Origin: Nibricoccus sp.
GTDB lineage: Bacteria > Verrucomicrobiota > Verrucomicrobiia > Opitutales > Opitutaceae
Direction: 5' to 3'
Assembly: GCA_047602425.1 (NCBI GenBank)
Contig: JASGHG010000001.1
Coordinates: 2,304,001-2,368,000 of the forward strand
Length of the DNA: 64,000 nt
Positions 22,415 through 31,522 of this stretch are shown in pieces. A program made the translations under genes and the position numbers. Each line of letters opens with the position of its first letter. The stretch's first letter is position 1. The notes beneath the pieces are model-generated. The model was not told the DNA's origin. It saw nothing but the letters and a program-made list of their open reading frames with translations, and did no database searches.

Positions 22415-23022
22415 ACGAAACTTTAAACACCCCACGGGTGGCGCGTCGTGGCAAGCAATCGGTCGTTCGAGCGTTTCTGACTTTTTTGTGGCGCTCCACC
22501 GACCGAAAGCGCGCTGTCATCGCTCAGCTGGAAAAAGAAAATACTCTCTTGCGCGAAGAAATGGAACGTCAGGCTTGTGAGCTTGAGCGTTGTGATTCCA
22601 TGCGTCGGCGGAGCGAGCGCAGTTTGCATTTGTTGGCCAACCAGCTGATTGAGCTGGTATGGATTATGAGCCCGGCGGGACATACGGAATTTTTTAACCG
22701 TCGCTGGTATGTCTATACGGGATTGCAGGGGGCTGAGCCGGAGCAGGAAGGTTGGCGGACGATCCTGCACCCTGAAGATTTGCAGCGCTTTTTCGCTTCC
22801 GGAGCCATGGCCTATGCCGTTGGCTATCCCTATCGCGCGGAGTTTCGGTTGAAGATGGTCGACGCCACTGACTATCGGTGGTGTTCCGTTCATGTTTTTC
22901 CACAACGCGACCCTACCGGTAAGATTGAACGTTGGATCGGCGTGATGTTCACAGGAGACGAAGTTGTGGACGACGGCGCTCCCACTCGTCGCCATCCTGC
23001 CGGTCCGCGGAGATCGTCTTGA
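22411..23022 (+). CDS. Stand-alone PAS (PAS_3-like) domain protein with N-terminal coiled coil
   Basis: FFNRRWYVYTG, GWRTILHPED, EFRLK..DYRW and RDPTGKIERWIG motifs; ATGA overlap with the upstream gene. Confidence 0.75.
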   Translation: MNETLNTPRVARRGKQSVVRAFLTFLWRSTDRKRAVIAQLEKENTLLREEMERQACELERCDSMRRRSERSLHLLANQLIELVWIMSPAGHTEFFNRRWYVYTGLQGAEPEQEGWRTILHPEDLQRFFASGAMAYAVGYPYRAEFRLKMVDATDYRWCSVHVFPQRDPTGKIERWIGVMFTGDEVVDDGAPTRRHPAGPRRSS

Positions 23023-23107
23023 GTTCGCTCTCGAGATCCTAAGGTAGCAGGTCCTCGAAAAATCGGTTTTCATCGAGGAAATAGCTAGAAGCCGGCCGAC
23101 CGCTTTG

Positions 23108-23160
23108 TTGACGAAAAAATCTGCTTGCCGTATTATCCGTACTAGTATTGCTAGTACGGA
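23108..23160 (+). promoter_or_regulatory. Sigma70 promoter and YtrA/GntR-type operator
   Basis: TTGACG (23108-23113), 17-nt spacer, TATTAT (23131-23136); perfect inverted repeat TCCGTACTAG-TATTG-CTAGTACGGA (23136-23160) directly before the GntR ATG. Confidence 0.8.
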
Positions 23161-23541
23161 ATGCTGCCGTTCACTATCGAGCTAAAACCGGGTTTGCCTG
23201 TTACGGAGCAGGTGGTTTTTGCGACAAAGAAGGCCGTGGTGGTGGGGCAACTGAAAGTCGGAACGATGTTCCCTTCGGTTCGCGTGCTCAGCCAGGAACT
23301 GAAGATTAACCCGAACACCGCGCACAAAATCGTGGCCACACTGGTGGCGGAAGGCGTGTTGGTGACGACGCCCGGCGTCGGCAGCGTGGTAGCCGAACCG
23401 CTGGCAGGAGACAAGCGGGAACGCGCGGAATTGCTCGGCGCCGATTTGGAACGACTCGTAGTCGAAGCGAAGAAACTCGGGCTGACGCTCGAAGAGTTGC
23501 AGACAGGCCTGGGCAAACACTGGAAAAAACTCGGAGGTTGA
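23161..23541 (+). CDS. GntR-family regulator (YtrA subfamily)
   Basis: FPSVRVLSQELKINPNT wHTH with a short C-terminal helix; first gene of an ABC operon. Confidence 0.9.
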   Translation: MLPFTIELKPGLPVTEQVVFATKKAVVVGQLKVGTMFPSVRVLSQELKINPNTAHKIVATLVAEGVLVTTPGVGSVVAEPLAGDKRERAELLGADLERLVVEAKKLGLTLEELQTGLGKHWKKLGG

Positions 23542-23545
23542 TTTT

Positions 23546-24464
23546 ATGAACGCGATCGAAACTCAGAACTTGGTGCGAAGGTACGGCAAAACGGACGCGG
23601 TGCATGATCTCACGATTTCCGTGCCGACGGGCAGCGTGTATGCGCTGCTCGGGCCCAACGGCGCGGGCAAAACGACCACGATCAAGGTGCTCATGAACTT
23701 GCTCATACCGACAGCGGGCGGGGCGCGGGTGCTCGGTGTCGATTCGCGAAAACTCGGCGTGAACGAGCGCCGGCAGATTGGCTATGTTTCCGAAAACCAG
23801 CAACTGCCTCTGTGGATGACGGTGCGGCAGTTCCTCGATTATTGCCGTCCGTGGTATCCGGCGTGGGATCGTGATTTGGAAAAGAATTTACTCGGGCGCT
23901 TTGAACTGCCGGAGGAGCGAAAACTGAAACATCTTTCGCGCGGCATGCTGATGAAGGCGGCACTGCTGTCGTCGCTCGCATATCGGCCGAAGTTGCTCGT
24001 GTTGGACGAGCCGTTCAGCGGGCTCGATCCTCTTGTGCGCGACGAGTTCATCCAGGGCGTGCTGGAGGTCTCCGAGATTGGCGACTGGACCGTTTTCATA
24101 TCTTCGCACGACATCCACGAAGTCGAAATGCTTTGCGATTGGGTGGGAATCTTGAACGCGGGGCAGCTTCAGCTCTCTGAGCCAGTCGAGGCATTGCAGG
24201 CGCGTTTCCGTCGGATCGAAGTCGTGTTGAATGACCCGGTCCCGCCGGTGGTTTCTTTGCCCGCTCATTGGTTGTGTTACGAGCAGGTCCGGATCGATCG
24301 TCCGCTTCTTCGAGAAAAATTTCGAAACAGGGAAAACCGAGGCAATGTACCGCGAACATTTTTCCTCGGCTGCCGTGACGGCTTATCCGATGAGCCTGCG
24401 GGAGATTTTCGTCGCACTGATGCGCGCTCAGCGTTCTCAGAACAAGGAAGGAGTCCTCGCATGA
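23546..24464 (+). CDS. ABC transporter ATP-binding protein (YtrB-like), with an apparent +1 frameshift near 24286
   Basis: Walker A GPNGAGKTT, LSRGM, LVLDEPFSGLDP and SSH motifs. The native-looking C-terminus (SGSIVRF...PMSLREIFVALMR) is in the +1 frame and ends at 24464. Confidence 0.85.
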
Positions 24465-25996
24465 AAATGATCTGGCATATCATGAAAAAAGATCTTCGCG
24501 CCGTCCGGCTGCTCTGGCTGGTGTGGCTCGGGCTGATCGCAGTGCGCATTCCGTGGCTCGTGTTTTATCTGACGACGGCAAACGAGCGAGCGGTGAAACT
24601 ACTCGAGGTGACGAGCATTTTCGCGTTCATTGCGGATATCTTGCTCGTTTTCATGGTGGTGGGAAATGTTGTGCATGAGGATCCGTTACCGAGCGACAAG
24701 GCGTTTTGGGTGACGCGACCGGTGGGCGCCGGGCAATTGTGCGCGGCGAAGCTGCTGACGCTTGTGGTGGTTTGTGTGCTCAGCCCGCTCGTCTTTCTGC
24801 TGCCAACGTGGGCGGTTTTTGGCGTGGATAGCGTCAATATCGTGAGGCTGCTCGCCTACCATGGCGCGCTCAACGGAGGCGCGATGTTGATCGCGTTGTT
24901 GTTTGCGGTGGTTACGCGTAAGGCTGCCACTTATGCGGTGCTCAGCTTGGTGGCGCTGGCTCTGGTCGGTGTAATAGCGACTACGATTGATTCAGGGTTT
25001 GGCATCAGCGTGGCTCGCCGAGCCGTAGCTTACTGGAGTGCTTTGGGAGCGAGTGTTGTCACGGGTGTTTTTGCTGTGGTGCAGCAGTATCTCACGCGAA
25101 ACACGCGGCGAACCTGGTGTTTGCTGGGCGTTTTAGTAGTAGGCATGGGGCTGATTTTGCCGAGCTCCTCGGGAAAAGGAATTTTTCAGCGGAATGTGAA
25201 ATTGTCGCCGACGGAAATTAAGATGAGGGCGGAATGGAAGGACCAGAAACTCGTTTTGACGACCAAGTCCGAAGGCGTGGTGACGGGGTCGATCCAGGTG
25301 GCCAGCGACAGTCAGGTCGGAAGCATTCGATTGAGGTTTTTGCAGGGGAAATGGATTGACCAGCACGGGCTCTCGGAACCGGTTAAAATGATGGAGGGCG
25401 AGAACCAAGACAGCAGGAATTCGTGGATTGAGCTGAGGGCTATCGATTTTGATGCGAGAGAAAAAACTTATCGGTTTCCGGTCAAGCTGCGCCTGCCGGA
25501 TAACATTACTGACTGGGCATCGCTGGGATTCGACGGTCGCGTTGGCATCATTGGCATGAAGCGTGTCAAAATTACCGAGCTGCCGCTGGCTGCCGGGACC
25601 ACCGTGGCGGCCAACGGATTGCATGCGCGTTTATTGGATCTGAAAAACTATGAAAAGGGTGTGACGGCGGTTTTATTACAGGTGACTCCGTTTACAGTGC
25701 CATATGGTAACGGCAGAATCGTGAATATTGATCCCGCGAAGAAGTGGAGTGTGAGCAGCATCGCATACAGAGGTTCGGGGCTGTTGCTGTGGCTCCAGTT
25801 GCAGCGGTTCAATTTGATGTACGGGAAGCATAGCATGCCTCAAACACCTGAGGAGTGGCGTAAAAACAACGTGGGTCCGCAGATCCAGGAAGCGTTGGCC
25901 GAGCAGGGCTGGCGGATCGAGTGGCGAGAATATGCGCCTACTTTTTACGAGGTATGCGAGCTCAAGGCCGAACGACTTGAAATCGCCAAGGAGTGA
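24461..25996 (+). CDS. ABC-2-type membrane permease with C-terminal extracytoplasmic domain
   Basis: Begins MKMIWHIMKKDLR; has the FWVTRP motif and several TM segments; AAGGAAGGAG SD and ATGA overlap with the ATPase stop. Confidence 0.75.
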   Translation: MKMIWHIMKKDLRAVRLLWLVWLGLIAVRIPWLVFYLTTANERAVKLLEVTSIFAFIADILLVFMVVGNVVHEDPLPSDKAFWVTRPVGAGQLCAAKLLTLVVVCVLSPLVFLLPTWAVFGVDSVNIVRLLAYHGALNGGAMLIALLFAVVTRKAATYAVLSLVALALVGVIATTIDSGFGISVARRAVAYWSALGASVVTGVFAVVQQYLTRNTRRTWCLLGVLVVGMGLILPSSSGKGIFQRNVKLSPTEIKMRAEWKDQKLVLTTKSEGVVTGSIQVASDSQVGSIRLRFLQGKWIDQHGLSEPVKMMEGENQDSRNSWIELRAIDFDAREKTYRFPVKLRLPDNITDWASLGFDGRVGIIGMKRVKITELPLAAGTTVAANGLHARLLDLKNYEKGVTAVLLQVTPFTVPYGNGRIVNIDPAKKWSVSSIAYRGSGLLLWLQLQRFNLMYGKHSMPQTPEEWRKNNVGPQIQEALAEQGWRIEWREYAPTFYEVCELKAERLEIAKE

Positions 25997-26008
25997 TCGC
26001 GAGGAACG

Positions 26009-28831
26009 TCAGTTACGCTCCATCAAAGCGTGCAGTCGTGCTTGCAATACGGAGCGGGTGAAGGGCTTGGCGAGGAAGCCGGCGGGTTTGGTTTGGGCGA
26101 ATTTTTCCAACGTGAGTTTTTCGGTGAAGCCGCTCATGAGGATGACGGGGACGGACGGTCTTAACTGTTGCATCGCGACGAAGGTTTCCTCGCCGTTCAT
26201 GCGCGGCATCGTGAGATCGAGCAGCACGAGTTGAAGTTTTTCGGAGTGTTCGCGGAAGCGTTCGACGGCTTCCACGCCGTCGGCAGCGGTGACGGTCGTA
26301 AAGCCAAAGCTTTCGAGCGTTTTTGAGATGACGGTCCGCACGCCCGGCTCGTCGTCGACCACCAGTACGACTCCGGAGCCTCGCCAATTTTCGCTTGTTT
26401 GCCGATCCGGCGCAAAGGGAGGCCGGCTGCACCGCAAATCGGGGAACAAGATTTGGAACGAACTGCCTTGGCCCGGAGTGCTGGATACACGGATGGCCCC
26501 CTTGTGCGATTTGACAGTACCTGCGACCGCGGCGAGGCCCAATCCATGGCCGGTGAACTTGGTGGTATAGAAAGGTTCGAAAATGCGGGCCAGACTTTCC
26601 GGGAGAATTCCACAACCCGTGTCGGCGACCTCAAGCAGCACGTAGGACCCCGATGGCAGCGAGGAGTTTTGAAACTGTGTGCACAGTTCGCCGGTATTCA
26701 GATATTTCGAAACCGTTTTGATGGTGATGCGCCCCTCCTTGTCGCCGATGGCGTCCGAGGCGTTGAGCGTGAGGTTCATGATCACCTGCTGAATTTGAGC
26801 GGGCGCGGCTTTGATGGGAGCCAGCGGATGCGACAATTGCAGGTCGATGACGATCTTTTTCCCGATGGAGACTTGAAAGAGCTGGCGTGTTTCTTTGATG
26901 AGCGCGTTGAGGTCGACTTCTTCGAACGCCAGCGGGCTTCGGCCGGCGTAGGCGAGCATTTGCTGACACAGGGCGGCGGCGCGGGTGGCGGCGTTTTCCA
27001 CCTGGGCTAGTGGTTCGTGAATGGGTGAATTGACCGGCAGGTCGAGGCGCGCTAGGTTGGCATTGCCAAGCATGGTCGCGAGCAGGTTGTTGAAATCGTG
27101 GGCGATGCCGCCGGCGAGAACACCGAGACTTTCGGATTTTTGGATCTGGAGGATTTTGCGTTCCTGTTCGATGCGTTCGGCTTCGGCTTGTTTCTGGCGC
27201 GTGATATCGCGCATGACGATGGAGAGGATCGTCGTGTCGTTGGCTTCGTCGCGATGGGCGAGGGTGACGTGTGAGACGTGGACTTCGCGTCCCTGTGCGC
27301 AATGCAGCGTGAGTTCGCCGTGCGAGGAGCTGGCGCGGAGAGCGGTCCGGATCACTTCGTCGCGAAGAATTTTGGCCGCGGAGTCCTTGAACACGGTTTC
27401 GAGCGGGTGTTGAAACAGTGCGCCGGCGTCCGTGTGGCCGAGCAATTTCAGCAGTGCGCGGTTGGCATATAGAACGTGACCGCTCGCGTCGGCGATCAGC
27501 ACGAAATCGGTGGTAGCGCCGATGATTTCCATCAGGCGCCCTGCCTCGGCTTCGGCAGTTTTGCGCGCGGTGATATCGAGATGGGTGCCCGAAACCTTGA
27601 GCGGTTTACCGCTGGCATCGCGGGCGACAACCGAGCCGCGCGAATAGAGCCAACGCCAGTGATGATCGCGGCCGCGAATGCGATATTCCACATCGTAGAG
27701 GGGAGAACGTCCCTCAATGTGATCCACCAAAGCCTTTCTCATGGACTCGACATCTTCGGGGTGAATCAGTTTTTGCCACGTTTCAAAAAGCGGTTCCAAA
27801 TCTTCCGTCCGATAGCCGAGCATGGCAGCGGAATGTTGGTTTTGGCTGACGTGGCGGGCGGCGATATCGAGGTCCCAAAGGCCGAGTTGTGCTCCCGAGA
27901 TCACCCGATCGAAACGGGCTTCGTTTTTCGCCAGTTTCTTTTCCGCTTCGTTGCGCCGGCTGACAACCGAGCCCAAGCCCAACCCAACGACAGAGACAGT
28001 GAGCTCGAACAAAAGGAAGCTGACGACGGTTGCCGTGTTGCTTCCGACGAGATGCATGCCGATCAGGCTGCCCATGGTGATGGCGAGTGTGGCGAGTGTG
28101 GCACCGCGCAAGCCTTGTTGAAGACAGATCCAGGTGAGGGGCAGGAAGCAGAGATAAAACGCATTGTTGCGGGCGAGCGGTTCCACCGCAAAGACGAGCC
28201 AGATCAGTCCGACGAGGGTCGCGGCCTGGACGGACATCATGGCGACCTCCTTGGAGATGTATTTTTGGTTCGTTGGACGGAAAGCGGGTTTATTTTCCAG
28301 CCATGCGCCCGCAAACACCACCGCAGCCGGAACGACGGTCAGCAGCCCGCTGGCGTCGCCCACCCACCAATTCAAAGCGGAATCCAGAAACGATTCCGGT
28401 CTATTGACTCCCACCAAAAGTAGAAGGCCGGTTCCGGCGATCGCAACGACGGCAGGGCTTCCGACCATGACAACGCCGAAGATCAATGTTTCACGCAAGG
28501 TGCCCGGCAGTAATTTCGTGCCGAGAAAACGCCGGGCGAACCAGGCGGCCCCGGTAAAATTCGCGGTGATCAATGCCGGAAAAATCAACGGTGCCCACCA
28601 CGTGCCGAGACCGGAGGAGGTGCAGATGGCTGTGAGCGCATTGGTGAAAAACACCACCGGCGCATATCGAGGCCCCAGCAAGACCAACAGCGCGAGGGCC
28701 AGGCCGGCGGGAGGATACCAGATTGAAATTCCTGGGCCGACTTCGAAGAAGCGCGCGGAAATATGCGCGGCCAGATGCAAAATCGCATAGGCTGCGCAGA
28801 CGATGACACGCCGTGGGAGCGAAAGATTCAT
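26009..28831 (-). CDS. Hybrid sensor histidine kinase (MASE1-PAS-PAS-HisKA-HATPase-REC)
   Basis: IWYPPAGL membrane domain, IHPED PAS, GGIAHDFNNLL H-box, DTGCG and FYTTK..GHGLGL ATP boxes, VVDDE and LLDLTMP receiver motifs. Confidence 0.93.
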   Translation of the reverse strand: MNLSLPRRVIVCAAYAILHLAAHISARFFEVGPGISIWYPPAGLALALLVLLGPRYAPVVFFTNALTAICTSSGLGTWWAPLIFPALITANFTGAAWFARRFLGTKLLPGTLRETLIFGVVMVGSPAVVAIAGTGLLLLVGVNRPESFLDSALNWWVGDASGLLTVVPAAVVFAGAWLENKPAFRPTNQKYISKEVAMMSVQAATLVGLIWLVFAVEPLARNNAFYLCFLPLTWICLQQGLRGATLATLAITMGSLIGMHLVGSNTATVVSFLLFELTVSVVGLGLGSVVSRRNEAEKKLAKNEARFDRVISGAQLGLWDLDIAARHVSQNQHSAAMLGYRTEDLEPLFETWQKLIHPEDVESMRKALVDHIEGRSPLYDVEYRIRGRDHHWRWLYSRGSVVARDASGKPLKVSGTHLDITARKTAEAEAGRLMEIIGATTDFVLIADASGHVLYANRALLKLLGHTDAGALFQHPLETVFKDSAAKILRDEVIRTALRASSSHGELTLHCAQGREVHVSHVTLAHRDEANDTTILSIVMRDITRQKQAEAERIEQERKILQIQKSESLGVLAGGIAHDFNNLLATMLGNANLARLDLPVNSPIHEPLAQVENAATRAAALCQQMLAYAGRSPLAFEEVDLNALIKETRQLFQVSIGKKIVIDLQLSHPLAPIKAAPAQIQQVIMNLTLNASDAIGDKEGRITIKTVSKYLNTGELCTQFQNSSLPSGSYVLLEVADTGCGILPESLARIFEPFYTTKFTGHGLGLAAVAGTVKSHKGAIRVSSTPGQGSSFQILFPDLRCSRPPFAPDRQTSENWRGSGVVLVVDDEPGVRTVISKTLESFGFTTVTAADGVEAVERFREHSEKLQLVLLDLTMPRMNGEETFVAMQQLRPSVPVILMSGFTEKLTLEKFAQTKPAGFLAKPFTRSVLQARLHALMERN

Positions 28832-29139
28832 GATCCAATGATCAGCGTAATCGTCGCAGGGAACCGGCTGGAATGCGGCCTGCCTGCTTGCACGGAGCTG
28901 GGGCGGCGTGAAGCAGCGAAAACGTTGAGGAAATTCAGCATTGGAATTGTGAAGCTAACCATGGTGTCGGTCGAGCAAGAACACCTCGCACGGCATTCGT
29001 CACAACCGCATCACAACTCCACCGTAAAATTAAAGAATCCAGCGGCTTACCCGCCGCGCTGCGCTGGCCACGAGTTACGACAATAGACCCGTCCACAAGG
29101 GTCGCGGACGCAGTGTAAGCTAAAGCGCTGGCCCGCGGG

Positions 29140-30633
29140 TTACGGGCTTTGGTTCTTGCCGTTATGACAATCGGCGCAGGTGAGATCGTCAGGCAGCGCG
29201 TCGGGGTGTTTGAAGGGCTGGCCTTCAGGGGCGAGCTTGCTGAGTTCGGCGCCGGCGCCTTGGGCGAGAATGGTGTGGCAGGCGTTACAATCGCTGGCGG
29301 CGATCTTTTTCTCAGGTTTGCCGACCGCAACGTGTTGATTGTCGTGGCAACGGAAACAGCCAAGCCAGTTTTTGTGGCCGATTTGTTCCGGATACTTGCT
29401 CCAGTCGGCCTTCATGTGCGGGAAGAAATTATCCTTGTAGATAGTGGTTGCAGTAGCGACGGCCTGCTGCACGGACGGTTTGTCGCCGTATTGCTTGCGC
29501 AGGCCGGCCTCGATCGCGGCGAGGGCCTCCGGCTCGGTGGCGTATTCCTTGGTGAGCAAGTCGACGACGTTCCGCTTGATCGCGGGAAGCTTTGAATCGA
29601 GGCGGCCGAGATAGATCGCCTGGTCGACGGCCTCGTTGGGAGGCTGGAAGCGGTGGGCGGGTCGGTTATGGCAATCAAGGCAGTCCATCCGGCGGATTTT
29701 CGCGGGGTCAGGCTGCCCTTTGAATTCGGCGCTCGCATAAACCGTGGCGGTGCCGTCTGGTTTGGTGACGCGGACCCACGGGATTTTCTGGCGTTGCTCG
29801 TCCTCGGCGTAGTATTCGACGACGTTTTCCTTGCTGGTATGCCAGTGAATGCCGGAAACGTGGCCGTGCTTGGCGTCGCCGCCGCCCACGTGAAGGAGCA
29901 AACGGACGGTGAACGGCTTGTTATCGTCGGTAGTGGCGAGCGTGTGCTGATAGGTACGCTCAAGATTGCCGGAGAAGCGCTGCGGCCAATGACATTTTTC
30001 GCAAGTGTCCTGGGCGGGGCGGAGATTGGCGATGGGAGTTGGTACGGGGCGCTTGAAGTCGCCGGTGATGACACCGAGAAGCTGGTGGGCGCCACGCATC
30101 TTGGATTTAAAATAAAAGGAGGCGCCGGTGCCGACGTGACATTCGACACAGGAAACGCGGGCATGGGCGCCGTTTTGATAAGCGACAAATTCGGGCTTCA
30201 TCGTCTCGTGGCAGACCTGGCCGCAGAAGGCGACGGTTTCCGTGAGGTGGTAGGTTTGGTAGCTGCCGAGCGCGGTGAAGAGGAGAAACGTCATCGTGCC
30301 CAAGGCGAACCAGAGGAGGCGCTTGCGGTCGCGTGGATTTTCTAGATCGATGGCGAGTTGTGGAGGCGGCGCTTCGGGATCACGCCGTTGCTGGCGGCGG
30401 CTGAGCCAAGCTCCAAAGAACAGCAGGGCGAGGCCGAGGAGCAGAAAGCCCGGGGCGACGACGTAGGAAAGGATGCCGACGTAAGGGTTGCTGTGATCGC
30501 CGGCAAATGTATCGAAGGCAAAGAGCAGGAGGAAAGCGAAGAAACTGCCGATGGCACAAACGGCACCCGAGAGGCTGATCCAGTTACGCCAAATGGAGCG
30601 TTTGAGGGGAATCGGTGCGGCGGTATTGGTCAT
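29140..30633 (-). CDS. Inner-membrane multiheme cytochrome c, NapC/NirT-domain (ImcH-like), 7 heme motifs
   Basis: Three N-terminal hydrophobic helices; FCGQVCHETM (CX3CH) plus CVECH, CEKCH, CLDCH, CFRCH, CNACH and CADCH. Confidence 0.85.
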   Translation of the reverse strand: MTNTAAPIPLKRSIWRNWISLSGAVCAIGSFFAFLLLFAFDTFAGDHSNPYVGILSYVVAPGFLLLGLALLFFGAWLSRRQQRRDPEAPPPQLAIDLENPRDRKRLLWFALGTMTFLLFTALGSYQTYHLTETVAFCGQVCHETMKPEFVAYQNGAHARVSCVECHVGTGASFYFKSKMRGAHQLLGVITGDFKRPVPTPIANLRPAQDTCEKCHWPQRFSGNLERTYQHTLATTDDNKPFTVRLLLHVGGGDAKHGHVSGIHWHTSKENVVEYYAEDEQRQKIPWVRVTKPDGTATVYASAEFKGQPDPAKIRRMDCLDCHNRPAHRFQPPNEAVDQAIYLGRLDSKLPAIKRNVVDLLTKEYATEPEALAAIEAGLRKQYGDKPSVQQAVATATTIYKDNFFPHMKADWSKYPEQIGHKNWLGCFRCHDNQHVAVGKPEKKIAASDCNACHTILAQGAGAELSKLAPEGQPFKHPDALPDDLTCADCHNGKNQSP

Positions 30634-30661
30634 GGCAATTTTCGGCTGGTGCTAAAACGTT

Positions 30662-30688
30662 GAAGGGCGTGCTTAATGCCCGCCCTTC
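30662..30688 (-). terminator. Intergenic hairpin in the cytochrome cluster
   Basis: GAAGGGCG ... CGCCCTTC stem between the monoheme gene and the ImcH-like gene; no strong U tract. Confidence 0.45.
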
Positions 30689-30713
30689 GTGTATTCAAAT
30701 TATGGTGACTAGG

Positions 30714-31031
30714 TTATTTCTTCAGTGTGCGAATGAAGGCGACCAGACCTTTGACATCGTCATCGGGGAGGTCGCTGAAGGCTTTCATCTTTTCTTTGTC
30801 ACCGTCTTTGACGCCTTCCTTGATGGCCTTGAACATGGCTTCGTCGGTCATCTCGGCTTGGACTTTGGCGTCGGTATAGTCCTTGAGTTTCAGTTTGGCG
30901 CCGACCTTGGTTTTACCGGCACCGTCAGCACCGTGGCATTTGGCGCACTGGGCGGTCCAAATTTCAGAAGCGGGTGCAGCGAAGGCGGAGGTGGCGGCAA
31001 AGGCGAGGAGAGCGAGGGCGAGTTTTTTCAT
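30714..31031 (-). CDS. Periplasmic monoheme cytochrome c (class I, probable His/Met)
   Basis: Signal peptide ending SAFA, CAKCH motif, distal KMKAF Met. Confidence 0.9.
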   Translation of the reverse strand: MKKLALALLAFAATSAFAAPASEIWTAQCAKCHGADGAGKTKVGAKLKLKDYTDAKVQAEMTDEAMFKAIKEGVKDGDKEKMKAFSDLPDDDVKGLVAFIRTLKK

Positions 31032-31083
31032 AGGGAACAGACGTTTTTATCGGGCCTATTAGATGGTTCGTTTTTGGGTCTGC

Positions 31084-31120
31084 AAAACCCCGCGTCATTC
31101 GGAGGAACAAGCGCGGGGTT
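31084..31120 (-). terminator. Intrinsic terminator-like hairpin between the two monoheme genes
   Basis: Minus strand reads AACCCCGCG-loop-CGCGGGGTTTT. Confidence 0.6.
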
Positions 31121-31168
31121 GATGCGATTTAAGATGCTATATACGTATCGGATTGTACAGCCGGACCT

Positions 31169-31501
31169 TTATTTTTTCATGGCGCGAATATACGCCACAA
31201 GGGCTTTGGCATCGGCTTCCGTGAGGTCTTCTTTAAAACCTTTCATCAGCTCTTTGCCGTCCTTGGTCGAACCTTCGAGCGTGACTTTCAGCAGGTGCTC
31301 GTCCGTGAACTTCGCTTGCACCGCTGCGTCAGTGTAATCGAGGACTTTGAGTTTCTGCCCCATCTTGGTTTTGCCGGAGCCGTCAGCGGCGTGGCATTTG
31401 GAGCAAAGACTATCCCAGTTTTCCTTGGCCTCGGCGGCGAAGGCTGAAGTGGCGATCAGCAAGCCGACACTGAGGAAGGTGCACGCGATAGATTTTTTCA
31501 T
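31169..31501 (-). CDS. Periplasmic monoheme cytochrome c (paralog of 30714-31031)
   Basis: Signal peptide ending SAFA, CSKCH motif, LMKGF Met; shares ADG.GKTK.G.KLK..DYTDA.VQA..TDE with its neighbour. Confidence 0.9.
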   Translation of the reverse strand: MKKSIACTFLSVGLLIATSAFAAEAKENWDSLCSKCHAADGSGKTKMGQKLKVLDYTDAAVQAKFTDEHLLKVTLEGSTKDGKELMKGFKEDLTEADAKALVAYIRAMKK

Positions 31502-31522
31502 CGGAGTGAATGGGACTGTTTT

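Noticed and set aside
23546..25996. 816-aa natural ATPase-permease fusion
   Set aside because: The linker is out-of-frame sequence; the native ATPase end, SD and ATGA overlap indicate two genes with a one-base insertion.
28832..29139. Possible ncRNA or riboswitch between the ImcH-like gene and the kinase
   Set aside because: No recognisable conserved motif or convincing structure by eye; an Rfam/Infernal search would be needed.
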